From Opitutales bacterium (lineage in GTDB: Bacteria > Verrucomicrobiota > Verrucomicrobiia > Opitutales > Seribacteraceae): a stretch of DNA of 64,000 nucleotides. Of this stretch, positions 10,297 to 20,588 are shown piece by piece (the stretch's first letter is position 1; each line of letters begins with the position of its first letter). The DNA is taken from contig CBFHYW010000001.1 in NCBI GenBank assembly GCA_965660135.1, positions 4,747 through 68,746 of the forward strand. Reading direction: 5' to 3'. Position numbers and translations under genes: made by a program. The notes under the pieces were generated by a model. The model was not told the DNA's origin. It saw only the letters and a program-made list of their open reading frames with translations, and made no database searches.

Positions 10297-10992
10297 TTAA
10301 TAAGTTCTCTCTCCAAACAGAGCAGAACCCACCCGGATCATTGTACTCCCTTCTAGAACGGCTTCTTTCAAATCACCTGTCATTCCCATCGAAAGCTCGT
10401 TAAGCGAAATATTAAATTGTTGAACCATTCGGTCCCGAAGTAAGCGTAATCGAGAAAAAGCATCCCTGGCGACAGAGGGGTCTTGGGGTGCATAAGGAGC
10501 AATTGTCATTAAGCCTTCCGTCCTAATATTGGAACAACCTAAGGCTTGTTCGATTAATTTCTCACATTCATCTTCAAAAATTCCCGATTTCGCAGGATCT
10601 TCACCGGTATTTACTTGAATAAAAATCCCGATTTCCTTGCCTGCTCGCTTTAAAGCATCATTCAGCTTATTTAGTAACTTGAGCGAATCTACAGTTTGAA
10701 CTCGCGAAAATGCACCAGCAACCAACTTTGCTTTATTACTTTGCAAATGACCAATTAAATCCCAATTCATGTCAGATACATCCTCAAACTTTCCAAGTGC
10801 TTCTTGTACCCGGTTTTCACCAACTCGGGAAAAGCCTGCATTTTGAGCATAATGAATTGCACTAACTGGCCAGTTCTTGGTCACTGGCAGAATTTGCACA
10901 TCCTCTACTTTACGATTAGCAAAAGAACATGCCTCTGCAACCCGATCCCTCAGTCTTTGGAGGTTTTCTCTAAATTCTCCTTCTGATATCAT
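10297..10992 (-). CDS. yggS: Pyridoxal phosphate homeostasis protein (YggS family)
   Basis: VTK, GENRVQE, IGHLQSNK, LSMGM, RVGSALFG. Confidence 0.95.
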   Translation of the reverse strand: MISEGEFRENLQRLRDRVAEACSFANRKVEDVQILPVTKNWPVSAIHYAQNAGFSRVGENRVQEALGKFEDVSDMNWDLIGHLQSNKAKLVAGAFSRVQTVDSLKLLNKLNDALKRAGKEIGIFIQVNTGEDPAKSGIFEDECEKLIEQALGCSNIRTEGLMTIAPYAPQDPSVARDAFSRLRLLRDRMVQQFNISLNELSMGMTGDLKEAVLEGSTMIRVGSALFGERTY

Positions 10993-11000
10993 ATTTTAAT

Positions 11001-11046
11001 ATAAGTTTTTCAAATAATAGGTTTGATAAGCATAAGATCAATTAAT
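11001..11046. promoter_or_regulatory. Possible LysR-type T-N11-A boxes in the divergent yggS/LysR intergenic region
   Basis: ATAAGTTTTTCAAAT and ATAAGATCAATTAAT both fit T-N11-A, at the typical autoregulatory position; the motif is weak in AT-rich DNA. Confidence 0.3.
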
Positions 11047-11058
11047 ATCTATTAGGGC

Positions 11059-11958
11059 ATGCATATTCAAAACTTCAAAACATTTTGTGACTTGGTGGAA
11101 ACTCAAAGTTTTTCAAAAGCAGCTCGTCTCAATGAAGTTACACAATCCGCGGTTAGTCAGCAATTAAAAGCGATGGAGAGCTTTTACGATATGCTAATCG
11201 TGGATCGGAACCAAAAGAAATTTCGTCTTACTCAGCAAGGAACAACTTTATACACTACTTTCAAGGAGATTTTGAATCTGTATGAAAAACTAAACTGCCA
11301 AATACTCGAAATGAGGAATGTGGTGAGCGGATCCATCCAAATATCTACAGTTAACAGCATTGGATTGCACGAATTACCTCCATACCTTAAATCTTTTATG
11401 AAGGAATTTCCTTCTGTAAATGCAAGGGTTGAGTATCGGCGGGCAAATTTAGTTTATGAAGATGTATTGCATGGTTCTGCAGACTTAGGCCTTGTCGCTT
11501 TTCCAGTAAAACATAAAGACCTTACAGTTATCCCTTTTGCGACTGATGAACTGATTGTTGCAATGAACCCAGATCACCCTCTTGCAAAAAAGAAAAACCT
11601 TTCGATGGAGGAGCTCAAGGGAATTGAGTTCATCGCATTTGAGAAGGATATTCCTACCCGAAAGGCGACTGACGAAATCCTGAGGCAGTCCGATGTGGAA
11701 ATTTCCATTGTTATGGAATTTGATAATGTTGAAACGGTGAAACGTGCATTGGAAATCAATGCGGGAGTTGCAATAATACCTAAAAACACGGTTGCAAATG
11801 AAGTAGAAAGGGATCAATTAGTTACCTGTAAGCTTGATAGCGGCAAACATATCAGACCGCTTTCAATCATTCATAAAAAGTCTCGAATGCTTACGCCAGC
11901 ACTACGATCATTTATAGATAAAATGATGGGTTCAACCCTTGAGAATGAAAAAGTTTAG
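11059..11958 (+). CDS. LysR-family transcriptional regulator
   Basis: N-terminal HTH SFSKAARLNEVTQSAVSQQLK followed by a substrate-binding domain. Confidence 0.95.
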   Translation: MHIQNFKTFCDLVETQSFSKAARLNEVTQSAVSQQLKAMESFYDMLIVDRNQKKFRLTQQGTTLYTTFKEILNLYEKLNCQILEMRNVVSGSIQISTVNSIGLHELPPYLKSFMKEFPSVNARVEYRRANLVYEDVLHGSADLGLVAFPVKHKDLTVIPFATDELIVAMNPDHPLAKKKNLSMEELKGIEFIAFEKDIPTRKATDEILRQSDVEISIVMEFDNVETVKRALEINAGVAIIPKNTVANEVERDQLVTCKLDSGKHIRPLSIIHKKSRMLTPALRSFIDKMMGSTLENEKV

Positions 11959-11975
11959 TAAAAATTCCCAAAATT

Positions 11976-12734
11976 TTACTTCCTTCCAGAAGACTTGGTA
12001 AGTTCTGCTTTAAAACTCCCGACCACCACCTTACTACTAATTTTAACAGGTAGGCGTCTTTCATCTAATGAATACCAAACTCGTAAAATACCATCTGGAC
12101 TTTTCTTAAAAACTCCTCTCAAATTTTGCATTTCAGGTATAGTTTCAATTGCGTAATACTTACCAGCAGGAACAGAGATCTTCTTCTTTTTAGCTGTGCG
12201 TACGATAATTTCCCGAAAACTCTTACCATCACATGTAGGTAAAACAGTTTTTTGATTCGGCAAAAGTTGTTGAAGTCGGAAAAAGTAAGCAATGGATAAT
12301 GGGTCAAATACTTGGTTAGGAATAGTTATTTGTGAACGAACTTTTCCACCTTCAGTGTAAACAGCTTTATTTTGATCATAATCAAATTTTACAACAATCT
12401 GCTTTTTAGTACTCCCTTCCTCTTGAGACTTACGATAAATAATCGATTTAGAAAAATCTGATGTTACTGTACTTTCGATCGTTGTTCGAACCTTGTAAAA
12501 TGCATCTGCGAATGAATTTGTTCGGACGGAAAACTTTACTTGTAAATATTGTTCATCATCTAAATTTGGAGGAGATTGAACCTCCAAAATAGCAGTGCCG
12601 ACCGGAATAAATCCCCAACTTAGATTATATTCTAACTTTTCTCCAATCTGAAAAGGTAAGGGATTCGAACTGGAAGAAAAACCATGGTGAGCAATGGATA
12701 ATAAAACAACAAAAAGACAAGTTATTTTTAACAT
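11976..12734 (-). CDS. DUF3108-like exported beta-rich protein
   Basis: Signal peptide; GEKLEYNLSWG, DPLS, VPAGKY and VWYS..ERRLPVKI patterns; start overlaps the glgP stop. Confidence 0.75.
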   Translation of the reverse strand: MLKITCLFVVLLSIAHHGFSSSSNPLPFQIGEKLEYNLSWGFIPVGTAILEVQSPPNLDDEQYLQVKFSVRTNSFADAFYKVRTTIESTVTSDFSKSIIYRKSQEEGSTKKQIVVKFDYDQNKAVYTEGGKVRSQITIPNQVFDPLSIAYFFRLQQLLPNQKTVLPTCDGKSFREIIVRTAKKKKISVPAGKYYAIETIPEMQNLRGVFKKSPDGILRVWYSLDERRLPVKISSKVVVGSFKAELTKSSGRK

Positions 12735-15238
12735 TATTCAGGGACAGGAATTTGAACCGGATCTAACTCCCATATATCCTTAGCGTATTCTCCAATTGTT
12801 CGATCAGAAGAAAACTTCCCGGAACCTGCGATATTCCGAATTGCCATCGCTGCCCATTTGCTCTGATCTTGATATGCTTTACCAGCTTGATCTTGAGCGT
12901 CTATATATGCACGATAATCTGCCAAGACAAAAAACGGGTCGCCCCACTTTAATAAACTGTCCGGAAGATCCGAAAGCACACATCCTTCATCGGGCGAGAA
13001 GAAATCTGAAGACAACCAATCAAGAACTGCTTTGAGTTCCTCGTCCTCTTCGTAATATTTTTGTGGATTGTATCCCTCATTTTTTAATGCCTCAATTCCC
13101 TCAACGGTTTGACCAAAAATGAAAATATTTTCGCTTCCGACCTCTTCCAGGATTTCAACATTTGCACCATCTAATGTTCCCATAGTAACAGCACCGTTAA
13201 GTGCAAACTTCATATTACCAGTGCCAGAAGCTTCCTTACCCGCAGTTGAAATTTGTTCGGATAAATCAGTTGCTGGAATTATTCTTTCTGCTAACGAGAC
13301 ACCATAATTTGGCAGATAGGCAACCTTAAGTTTATCTTTAATTCTTGAATCCTCATTGATTCGCTTTCCAACCAGATTAATTGCGTGAATAATAACCTTT
13401 GCCAAGTGATAGCCTGGTGCCGCTTTGGCCCCAAAAATAAATACTCTCGCAGGTATATCTAATTCTGGGTTCTTTAATAACCTACGATACAGAGTTAAAA
13501 TATGTAACAAGTTTAAATGCTGTCTTTTATATTCGTGCAACCGCTTGATCTGAGAGTCGAATATTGCATCCGAGTTGATAGACAAACCCATTTTATCCAA
13601 AATAACTTGAGACAGACGGTCCTTACAGGTTTTTTTGATTTCAAGAAACTTTTTTTGGAAGGAAGGGTCATCTGCTACCTCCTCCAACCCTCTTAGCTTA
13701 CTCAAATCTGTAATCCATTCTTGCCCTACAACAGAGGTAACCAGCTCAGACAGCTCAGGGTTACAGGACAGCAACCAACGGCGTGGCGTAATTCCATTGG
13801 TTTTATTATTGAACCGATTTGGGTACAGTTCAGCGAAATCCTTGAGTAATCGTTCTTGAAGTAATTTTGTATGAAGAGCAGCGACTCCATTTACTGAGTG
13901 GCTACCAACAACAGAAAGAAAAGCCATTCTAATCTGACCATCTGCGATGATTGCCATCCGATGATGCTTTTCATGTTCATTTGGCCATTTCTCAGACAAT
14001 TCATGTTTAACAAACCTTCGATTGATCTCACGAACAATATCTAAGTGCCGGGGAAGGACTTTCGCAAAAAGCCCTTCACTCCAAGTTTCCAAAGCTTCCG
14101 GTAAAAGGGTGTGATTAGTATAAGCAAATGTCTGTTGTACCAAGCTCCAGGAATTGTCCCAGCTCAAGTTCTCCAAATCCAGGAAAATTCTCATTAATTC
14201 AAGAATCGCAACGGCTGGGTGGGTGTCATTTAATTGAATAACAGACTGCTTGGGAAAGTCCTCCCAGCTTCGATCTTTTTTATTAAATCGCCTGATCATG
14301 TCCTGCATCGAACAGGATACAAAAAAGTATTGTTGTACAAGCCGTAACTCTTTTCCACTTTCAGTCTCGTCATTGGGATAAAGAACTTTGGAAATTGTCT
14401 CTCCCATTGCTTTTTCGCGTACTGCTTCGACATAACCTCCTTGATTGAATATTTGAAAATCAAGTTGCTCAGAAGCCTTTGATTCCCAAAGTCTCAAGAA
14501 ATTAACAGTATTTGCTCCATAACCAACTATAGGCAGATCATAGGGAACACCCACAACTTCTTTGGTTTCTATCCACTTCGGAGAATAATTACCCAAGTCA
14601 TCATATGAATGCTCGACATTCCCATAAAGTTGGACTTTTTGGGAATATTGGGGACGAGCAATTTCCCAAGGGTTACCATTTTTCAGCCAATCATCAGGCT
14701 TTTCCACCTGTCGGCCCTTAACAAACTCTTGTTTAAATAGGCCAAATTGGTAATGAATGCCATATCCAACTGCAGGTAAATCCATCGTAGCCATAGAATC
14801 AAGAAAACACGCGGCCAATCTTCCTAGCCCACCATTGCCAAGTCCCATATCATTCTCTTCTTCACAAAGCATATCAAAATCAAAGCCAAGATCATCGAGA
14901 GCCTTTTCTACCGCACCACTCAAACCAAGATTAGAGAGGTTAACATTCAACAATCGCCCCATCAAATACTCCAAGCTTAAGTAGTAAACTCTGCGAGTAT
15001 CTTGATGACTGTGCTCTTTTTGAGTTTCAATAAAACGATCAATCATCATTTCCTTAACCGCAAGAGAGGTGGCCATCCAAATTTCGTATTTTGTGGCACT
15101 TCCCAAATCTCTGGCAAGGATAAGTCTTAATTGATGCTTAATTGCATCCTTAACTTCTATAACGAGTGCCGCTTCAGTTTTGCCAGCGTGAATTGTAGAT
15201 GAAGGAGAAAGTTTTTTTAGAATCATGTTTGATGACAT
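12734..15238 (-). CDS. glgP: Glycogen/alpha-glucan phosphorylase
   Basis: [21 protein letters not shown], and PLP-lysine motif [10 protein letters not shown]. Confidence 0.97.
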   Translation of the reverse strand: MSSNMILKKLSPSSTIHAGKTEAALVIEVKDAIKHQLRLILARDLGSATKYEIWMATSLAVKEMMIDRFIETQKEHSHQDTRRVYYLSLEYLMGRLLNVNLSNLGLSGAVEKALDDLGFDFDMLCEEENDMGLGNGGLGRLAACFLDSMATMDLPAVGYGIHYQFGLFKQEFVKGRQVEKPDDWLKNGNPWEIARPQYSQKVQLYGNVEHSYDDLGNYSPKWIETKEVVGVPYDLPIVGYGANTVNFLRLWESKASEQLDFQIFNQGGYVEAVREKAMGETISKVLYPNDETESGKELRLVQQYFFVSCSMQDMIRRFNKKDRSWEDFPKQSVIQLNDTHPAVAILELMRIFLDLENLSWDNSWSLVQQTFAYTNHTLLPEALETWSEGLFAKVLPRHLDIVREINRRFVKHELSEKWPNEHEKHHRMAIIADGQIRMAFLSVVGSHSVNGVAALHTKLLQERLLKDFAELYPNRFNNKTNGITPRRWLLSCNPELSELVTSVVGQEWITDLSKLRGLEEVADDPSFQKKFLEIKKTCKDRLSQVILDKMGLSINSDAIFDSQIKRLHEYKRQHLNLLHILTLYRRLLKNPELDIPARVFIFGAKAAPGYHLAKVIIHAINLVGKRINEDSRIKDKLKVAYLPNYGVSLAERIIPATDLSEQISTAGKEASGTGNMKFALNGAVTMGTLDGANVEILEEVGSENIFIFGQTVEGIEALKNEGYNPQKYYEEDEELKAVLDWLSSDFFSPDEGCVLSDLPDSLLKWGDPFFVLADYRAYIDAQDQAGKAYQDQSKWAAMAIRNIAGSGKFSSDRTIGEYAKDIWELDPVQIPVPE

Positions 15239-15248
15239 ATCCTAGCCA

Positions 15249-15267
15249 TTGGCAAGGTTCATGCCAA
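15249..15267 (-). promoter_or_regulatory. Sigma54-type -24/-12 promoter candidate for glgP
   Basis: Minus strand reads TTGGCATGAACCTTGC = TGGCA..TTGC with exact GG-N10-GC spacing, just upstream of glgP. Confidence 0.55.
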
Positions 15268-15277
15268 CCTTCTAATC

Positions 15278-15309
15278 TTCCCAAAGATGTCTAAAATTGA
15301 ATTTGGGAA
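15278..15309. repeat. 8-bp inverted repeat between galM and glgP
   Basis: TTCCCAAA-N16-TTTGGGAA; no U-tract, so a hairpin or protein site rather than a clear terminator. Confidence 0.4.
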
Positions 15310-15318
15310 CAGATAATC

Positions 15319-16590
15319 CTACTCGACACCAAACTTATGAACAGTTGTGTGCCTGTAAGTTTCACCCGGATTGAGAACACAGCTCTTCCATCTTTCTTCT
15401 CCCTGATGATTGGGGCTGTCGGGAAAAACTTGGGTTTCCAAGCATAAACCTGAACGCAATGGATAAGGCTTTCCGGATTGTCCTAGATAAGTGCCATCTA
15501 AGTAGTTTCCAGAATAAAATTGGATGCCAGGTTGATCAGTAAAAATATCCATTTTTCTGCCCGAACCAGGGTCACGCAATGTTGCTGCGTGGTTAAGGTT
15601 ATCTTCCGAATTCCCTCCCTTGTTAATAATCCATGTGTGATCGTACCCCTTACCAAATTTTAATTGTTCATGGCTTTGTTCAATTCGATCACCAATAATT
15701 TGGGGTTTGGTAAAATCTAGAGGTGTGCCCGCGACCTTGGACAACGAGACTGGAATATTAGTTTCATCTGTTGCGACATATTCATCGGCATAAAGAGTAA
15801 GTTGATGATCTAGAATGGTATCATCTCCTTCTCCAGCCAGATTAAAATAGGTATGATTGGTTAAATTCAGAACCGTTGGTTTGTCGCAAGTGGCACTATA
15901 TTCAATCTTTAGCTCATTCTCATTAGTTAATGTATAAGTTACCTTAGATAATAAGCTTCCTGGATATCCCTCATCTCCATCTGGACTTCTCATAGTAAAG
16001 ACTACTCCAGTTCCAACTTCTTTTATTTTCGCATTCCATACGATTTTATCAAAGCCCCGTTCCCCGCCATGTAAATGGTTGGGACCATTATTAGTTGCCA
16101 ACTGATACTCTTTCCCATCTAGGCTAAATTTTCCTCCTGCAATACGATTTGCGTAGCGACCAGCAATACAGCCGAAATAAGGACTTTTTTCTCGGTAATC
16201 TGATAAGTTGGAAAATCCCAATGATACATTTGCAAATTTACCATTTCGGTCCGGAGTTAGAATTTCTTTAACCGTAGCACCATAATCAAGTAAGCTTACC
16301 TGCAATCCATTTGCGTTTGTTAGAACAAACAAGCTAACTTTTTCGCCGTCAGGCATTTCTCCAAACGCTTTTCTTGCTACAGTCATTGCTTTTTTTTGTT
16401 TTTTGCCCTTTTTACTAAACCCTAAATTAACTTTTCCTTTTTGATAAACTTCTTTGCTTTTGTCAGCAAGGTAAGTCTTGCTTTTGTTGAAACTCTCTTT
16501 TGTTTTTTGAGAAACTTCTGAAATCGTGCAGCCGTATAAAAAAGATAAAGCCATTAAAATTGAAATAATTCGATAAATTTTATTTTTCAT
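15319..16590 (-). CDS. galM: Aldose 1-epimerase (mutarotase) with lipoprotein-type signal
   Basis: GRYANRI, NHLHGG, NLTNHTYFNL, GYDH, CLETQ; N-terminal ..SFLYGC lipobox. Confidence 0.93.
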   Translation of the reverse strand: MKNKIYRIISILMALSFLYGCTISEVSQKTKESFNKSKTYLADKSKEVYQKGKVNLGFSKKGKKQKKAMTVARKAFGEMPDGEKVSLFVLTNANGLQVSLLDYGATVKEILTPDRNGKFANVSLGFSNLSDYREKSPYFGCIAGRYANRIAGGKFSLDGKEYQLATNNGPNHLHGGERGFDKIVWNAKIKEVGTGVVFTMRSPDGDEGYPGSLLSKVTYTLTNENELKIEYSATCDKPTVLNLTNHTYFNLAGEGDDTILDHQLTLYADEYVATDETNIPVSLSKVAGTPLDFTKPQIIGDRIEQSHEQLKFGKGYDHTWIINKGGNSEDNLNHAATLRDPGSGRKMDIFTDQPGIQFYSGNYLDGTYLGQSGKPYPLRSGLCLETQVFPDSPNHQGEERWKSCVLNPGETYRHTTVHKFGVE

Positions 16591-16635
16591 AATCTATTTC
16601 TTGCCTGAAAAAAGTAATTTTGAAAGCAAAAAATA

Positions 16636-18477
16636 TTACAACTTTCTACGAAAACGCGTTTCGAAGTCACGAATTGGCAGTTCAAAATAAACGGGACGGC
16701 CCTGGGGGCATGTATATGGGTTACGACAGGCAAGCAATTGGTTGGCTAATTGAACAATTTCATTTTGCGAAAAACTGCTACCTAAACCCAGGTTTTTAGT
16801 TGCCTGCTTAATCATCGCCTCTTTCACATAAATTTCAAATTTACCCCCCCCCCCGTCACTCGCAATCTCTACAAAGTCTTTGAGATAAGAAAGTGCTTGT
16901 TCAGGATTTAGCCAGACTGGACAAGCTTGAATCCGAAAAAAATTTCGACCAAATTCTTCAACCCTAAATCCAATTGCGGATAACTCAGGGATCGATTTTT
17001 GCAAAAAATCACTTGCAACACCATCGAGTTCGATCGACTCTGTAAGAAGAAGAGACTGACTTGCACATTCTCTATCTTTAGCAAAAGAGTCTTCAAGTTG
17101 CTCAAAATGAACCCTTTCGTAAGCGGCACGGCAATGAAATCCGACAATTCCCTGAGGAGTAGTAAATACAGCCATATCTCCGTGACTGTGATCTAACAAA
17201 CGCCAACTTACGTTCATGTCTGATCGTAAACCAACTACAATTTGGTTAGAAAAACCGTCAGGCTCAAAATTATTAGGTGTCGAAGTGGTTAAATTTTCAA
17301 CTTCACCCTTCTCCCCACTTGGAGCAGTTGGAAGTGCAAACTCCGATCTGCCACGAGTTACTTGGGAATTATCTGAGGGTCGAGCGAGCTTAAATCTTTC
17401 CAACAGGTGATCTTCGATTTTGGGAACTATTTGCCCAGAAGAATCTTTCTCAAGCTCTATTTCTTTGGGAGGTAGGCTTCTATCCCTTGAGAGTTCTTTA
17501 ATCGATTTTAAAATAGATTCGATAAGAAAAAAACGAACTTTCGCTTCTTCTCTAAAGCGAATTTCACGTTTCGCAGGGTGAATATTTACATCCACAAGGC
17601 TTGGATCAATTTTGAGGAATAGAACAGCTGGAGGGAAACGCCCCTTGGGTGCATATGTGTGATACGCCTCGAGTAAAGAATATGACATGGTTTTACTTTC
17701 CACCGGTCGGCGGTTAACAAAAAAAAGCATTTCCTTACGGGTTGGGCGACTGTAACCAGGCTTTCCAAGTAGCCCACCGAGCCCCATGGCATCAGCTTTA
17801 ATGTCAAGAGTAGAAAGGCTTTCGGCCAAGCTTTTCCCAAAAATTTCACGGACACGATCAAGCAAATCTTCGCATGCGGGAGATCGAAATATAGTCCGCG
17901 AACCATCCACAAGAGAAAAAGTAATTCTGGGATGTGCTAACGCATATAATTTAGCTAAATGAATAATATGTGATGACTCTGTAATTTCAGTCTTCAGGAA
18001 CTTCCTTCGTCCAGGAACAGAGTTAAACAGATGGGCAACTTCAATTCTAGTTCCATTTGGCATACCACATTCTTTAACATGGATCATTTTCCCTCCATTA
18101 ATTAAAATCTCATTGCCCTGATCATCACCATTTTTTTTTGACCGTAAAGTAAAACGACTCACACTGGAAATAGAAGGAAGTGCCTCCCCTCTAAAACCAA
18201 AAGTTTGAACTTGATCCAAGTCACTTGCCTTTCGAATTTTACTCGTCGCATGCCTTTCTAAACAGAGCAAAGCTTGATCTGCATTCATTCCCAATCCATT
18301 ATCCTCCACCCTGATGTAGGACTTCCCTCCATTTCTAAATTCAATTTCAATTTTTGTGGCACTGGCATCAATGCTATTCTCTAAAAGTTCCTTAACCACA
18401 GCAGCAGGTCGCTCAACGACTTCGCCCGCAGCAATTTGATTTGCTACACGATCTGGCAATATTCGAATATCTGGCAT
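16636..18477 (-). CDS. mutL: DNA mismatch repair protein MutL
   Basis: IAAGEVVERP, ELLENSIDA, HATSKI, FGFRGEAL, VDVNIHPAK. Confidence 0.96.
   Translation of the reverse strand: MPDIRILPDRVANQIAAGEVVERPAAVVKELLENSIDASATKIEIEFRNGGKSYIRVEDNGLGMNADQALLCLERHATSKIRKASDLDQVQTFGFRGEALPSISSVSRFTLRSKKNGDDQGNEILINGGKMIHVKECGMPNGTRIEVAHLFNSVPGRRKFLKTEITESSHIIHLAKLYALAHPRITFSLVDGSRTIFRSPACEDLLDRVREIFGKSLAESLSTLDIKADAMGLGGLLGKPGYSRPTRKEMLFFVNRRPVESKTMSYSLLEAYHTYAPKGRFPPAVLFLKIDPSLVDVNIHPAKREIRFREEAKVRFFLIESILKSIKELSRDRSLPPKEIELEKDSSGQIVPKIEDHLLERFKLARPSDNSQVTRGRSEFALPTAPSGEKGEVENLTTSTPNNFEPDGFSNQIVVGLRSDMNVSWRLLDHSHGDMAVFTTPQGIVGFHCRAAYERVHFEQLEDSFAKDRECASQSLLLTESIELDGVASDFLQKSIPELSAIGFRVEEFGRNFFRIQACPVWLNPEQALSYLKDFVEIASDGGGGKFEIYVKEAMIKQATKNLGLGSSFSQNEIVQLANQLLACRNPYTCPQGRPVYFELPIRDFETRFRRKL
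16844..16854 (-). repeat. G11 homopolymer inside the mutL coding sequence
   Basis: C11 on the plus strand; coding GAC GGG GGG GGG GGT AAA = DGGGGK. Confidence 0.9.
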
Positions 18478-18578
18478 TACCTTTTCGTAAGCTTATGACC
18501 CATCGCTGCCAATGTGAAAATATAAATTTTTACATTCATGCTTGGGCAAAAGCCCTATCTCTGACATGAAACAAATAA

Positions 18579-20585
18579 ATGCCTAATCAATTATCTGACC
18601 AATCGAGCCTTTACCTGCAGCAACATTCAAATCAGCCTGTTGAGTGGATGCCATGGGGTAAAAATGCCTTTGACCTCGCCAAAAAACTGGACAAGCCAAT
18701 TATTGTTTCAATCGGTTATTCCGCCTGTCATTGGTGTCGTGTAATGTCGGATGAATCGTTTGAGGATTCCTACATTGCATCAATCATGAATCGTCACTTT
18801 GTATGTATTAAAGTGGACCGTGAAGAAAGGCCCGACGTTGACCAAACCTACCTTGAGGCGGTCCGTATGTTCAACCAATCGGCAGGTTGGCCACTCAATG
18901 TTTTTTGCTTACCGGATGGGAGGCCTTTTTGGGGTGGTACTTATTTCCCCAAAGAAGATAAAGGACAAAAAATTGTACCATGGCCGCAAGTGCTTATGCG
19001 AATTGCAGATCATTTTAAAAGAGAAAGGGGAGAATTAGAAGAAAATGCCGGTAATGTGGTAAGTAATTTAGTTCATGCAAACGATGCTCTTTCCTCCGAC
19101 AAAAATGATTGGAGAAACGAACTTTTGTTACATTCTGCAAAAGCGATTTGCGACAGTCATGACGATAAAGAAGGGGGCTTTAGCCCTGCGCCCAAGTTTC
19201 CATCTCCGATGAAAATTGATTTTTTGCTGGCAATCCGAGAGGCTCAATCAGTACGCTCAAACAATACGCTTGCTGCTAAGATTGACCGCTCGGTTGAAAC
19301 AACTCTATCCAAAATGGCACGCGGTGGACTATATGATCACATAGGAGGCGGATTTTTTCGTTACAGTGTCGATGAAAAATGGCAAATTCCGCATTTTGAA
19401 AAAATGCTTTATGACAACGCATTACTTTTATCGACATACTCGAGAGCGAATCATCGCTTCCCTACCCCTCTTTTCAAAGACATAGTTAGTCAAACTATTG
19501 ACTGGATCATAACAAATATGAAAAGTGAAAAAGGCGGTTATTTTTCTTCTGTCAACGCAGATAATGAGGATGGAGAAGGCGAATACTATTTATGGACACT
19601 TGATGAAATCAAAAAAGTGCTCAAAGAAAATAACGCCAATAGCTTTGGTGAAGCTTACGGAATTACAAAAGAGGGTAATTTCGAACAAGAGAAATCCCTA
19701 CCGAGGCGTGAAAGTATAGATAACGAAAATGAAGAGGCTTTCAATGAATGCAAAAGAATACTTCTATCCATTCGCAAAGAGAGACCTGAACCGAGCAGGG
19801 ACAAAAAGCAAATTTTAGCATGGAATGCCTTATTGATAAGGGGTTTTGTCGATGCCGCACGTGCATTTCATAGAAAAGATTGGTTGCAGAATGCAATTGA
19901 TCTGAATAATTGGATGACCGAAAACCTACTCACAACTGATTTTACAATTTCTTCGATTGCTTTTGAAAACGGCAAGGTCTCAAATCTAGCATTTCTTGAT
20001 GACTATGCCTATTGGGCAGAAAGCTTATTAGCTCTTAGTTCGATCAGTGACTGGATAAATCCAGGCAGTTCTAAAAAGTATGTCCAACAAGCAGAAGATA
20101 TTACATTGACTGCGATCAATAAATTTAAGGATAAAAAAAATTGTGGCTTCTTTTTCAGTGAGGAAAATACCGATATTCCTGCACAAGCCAGAAAAAAGTT
20201 TTGGTATGACAATGCAACATCTTCTGCAAACTCATCTTTGCTTAGAGTATTTTCAACATTGCATCATTTAACAGACAAAACCGTTTGGAAAAAAGAATAT
20301 GAAGAGGCAATCGCTGCTTATCCGAATCTTTCCAAGCAAGCACCTCAGGGCATTGGACACGCTCTCTCTGCGATCACGGATGAAGCAATTGGATTATGTT
20401 CGATCGTATGCAATGCAGCGCATACAGAGAAAATACTATTTAGAATTGCACAAAACCCTTACCGGCCAATTTTCCTCAGCATTAACAAAGAAAAAACTAG
20501 CGATCAAATCACCTTAAATGTGGGTAACCAATTTAGCCAAGAAATAAAAAATCCCGAAGAAGTCTTCGAAACAATTTTTTCTTAA
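18579..20585 (+). CDS. YyaL/DUF255 thioredoxin-domain protein with (alpha/alpha)6 C-terminal domain
   Basis: SIGYSACHWCRVM, KVDREERPD, GWPLNVF, PHFEKMLYDN. Confidence 0.92.
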   Translation: MPNQLSDQSSLYLQQHSNQPVEWMPWGKNAFDLAKKLDKPIIVSIGYSACHWCRVMSDESFEDSYIASIMNRHFVCIKVDREERPDVDQTYLEAVRMFNQSAGWPLNVFCLPDGRPFWGGTYFPKEDKGQKIVPWPQVLMRIADHFKRERGELEENAGNVVSNLVHANDALSSDKNDWRNELLLHSAKAICDSHDDKEGGFSPAPKFPSPMKIDFLLAIREAQSVRSNNTLAAKIDRSVETTLSKMARGGLYDHIGGGFFRYSVDEKWQIPHFEKMLYDNALLLSTYSRANHRFPTPLFKDIVSQTIDWIITNMKSEKGGYFSSVNADNEDGEGEYYLWTLDEIKKVLKENNANSFGEAYGITKEGNFEQEKSLPRRESIDNENEEAFNECKRILLSIRKERPEPSRDKKQILAWNALLIRGFVDAARAFHRKDWLQNAIDLNNWMTENLLTTDFTISSIAFENGKVSNLAFLDDYAYWAESLLALSSISDWINPGSSKKYVQQAEDITLTAINKFKDKKNCGFFFSEENTDIPAQARKKFWYDNATSSANSSLLRVFSTLHHLTDKTVWKKEYEEAIAAYPNLSKQAPQGIGHALSAITDEAIGLCSIVCNAAHTEKILFRIAQNPYRPIFLSINKEKTSDQITLNVGNQFSQEIKNPEEVFETIFS

Positions 20586-20588
20586 AAC

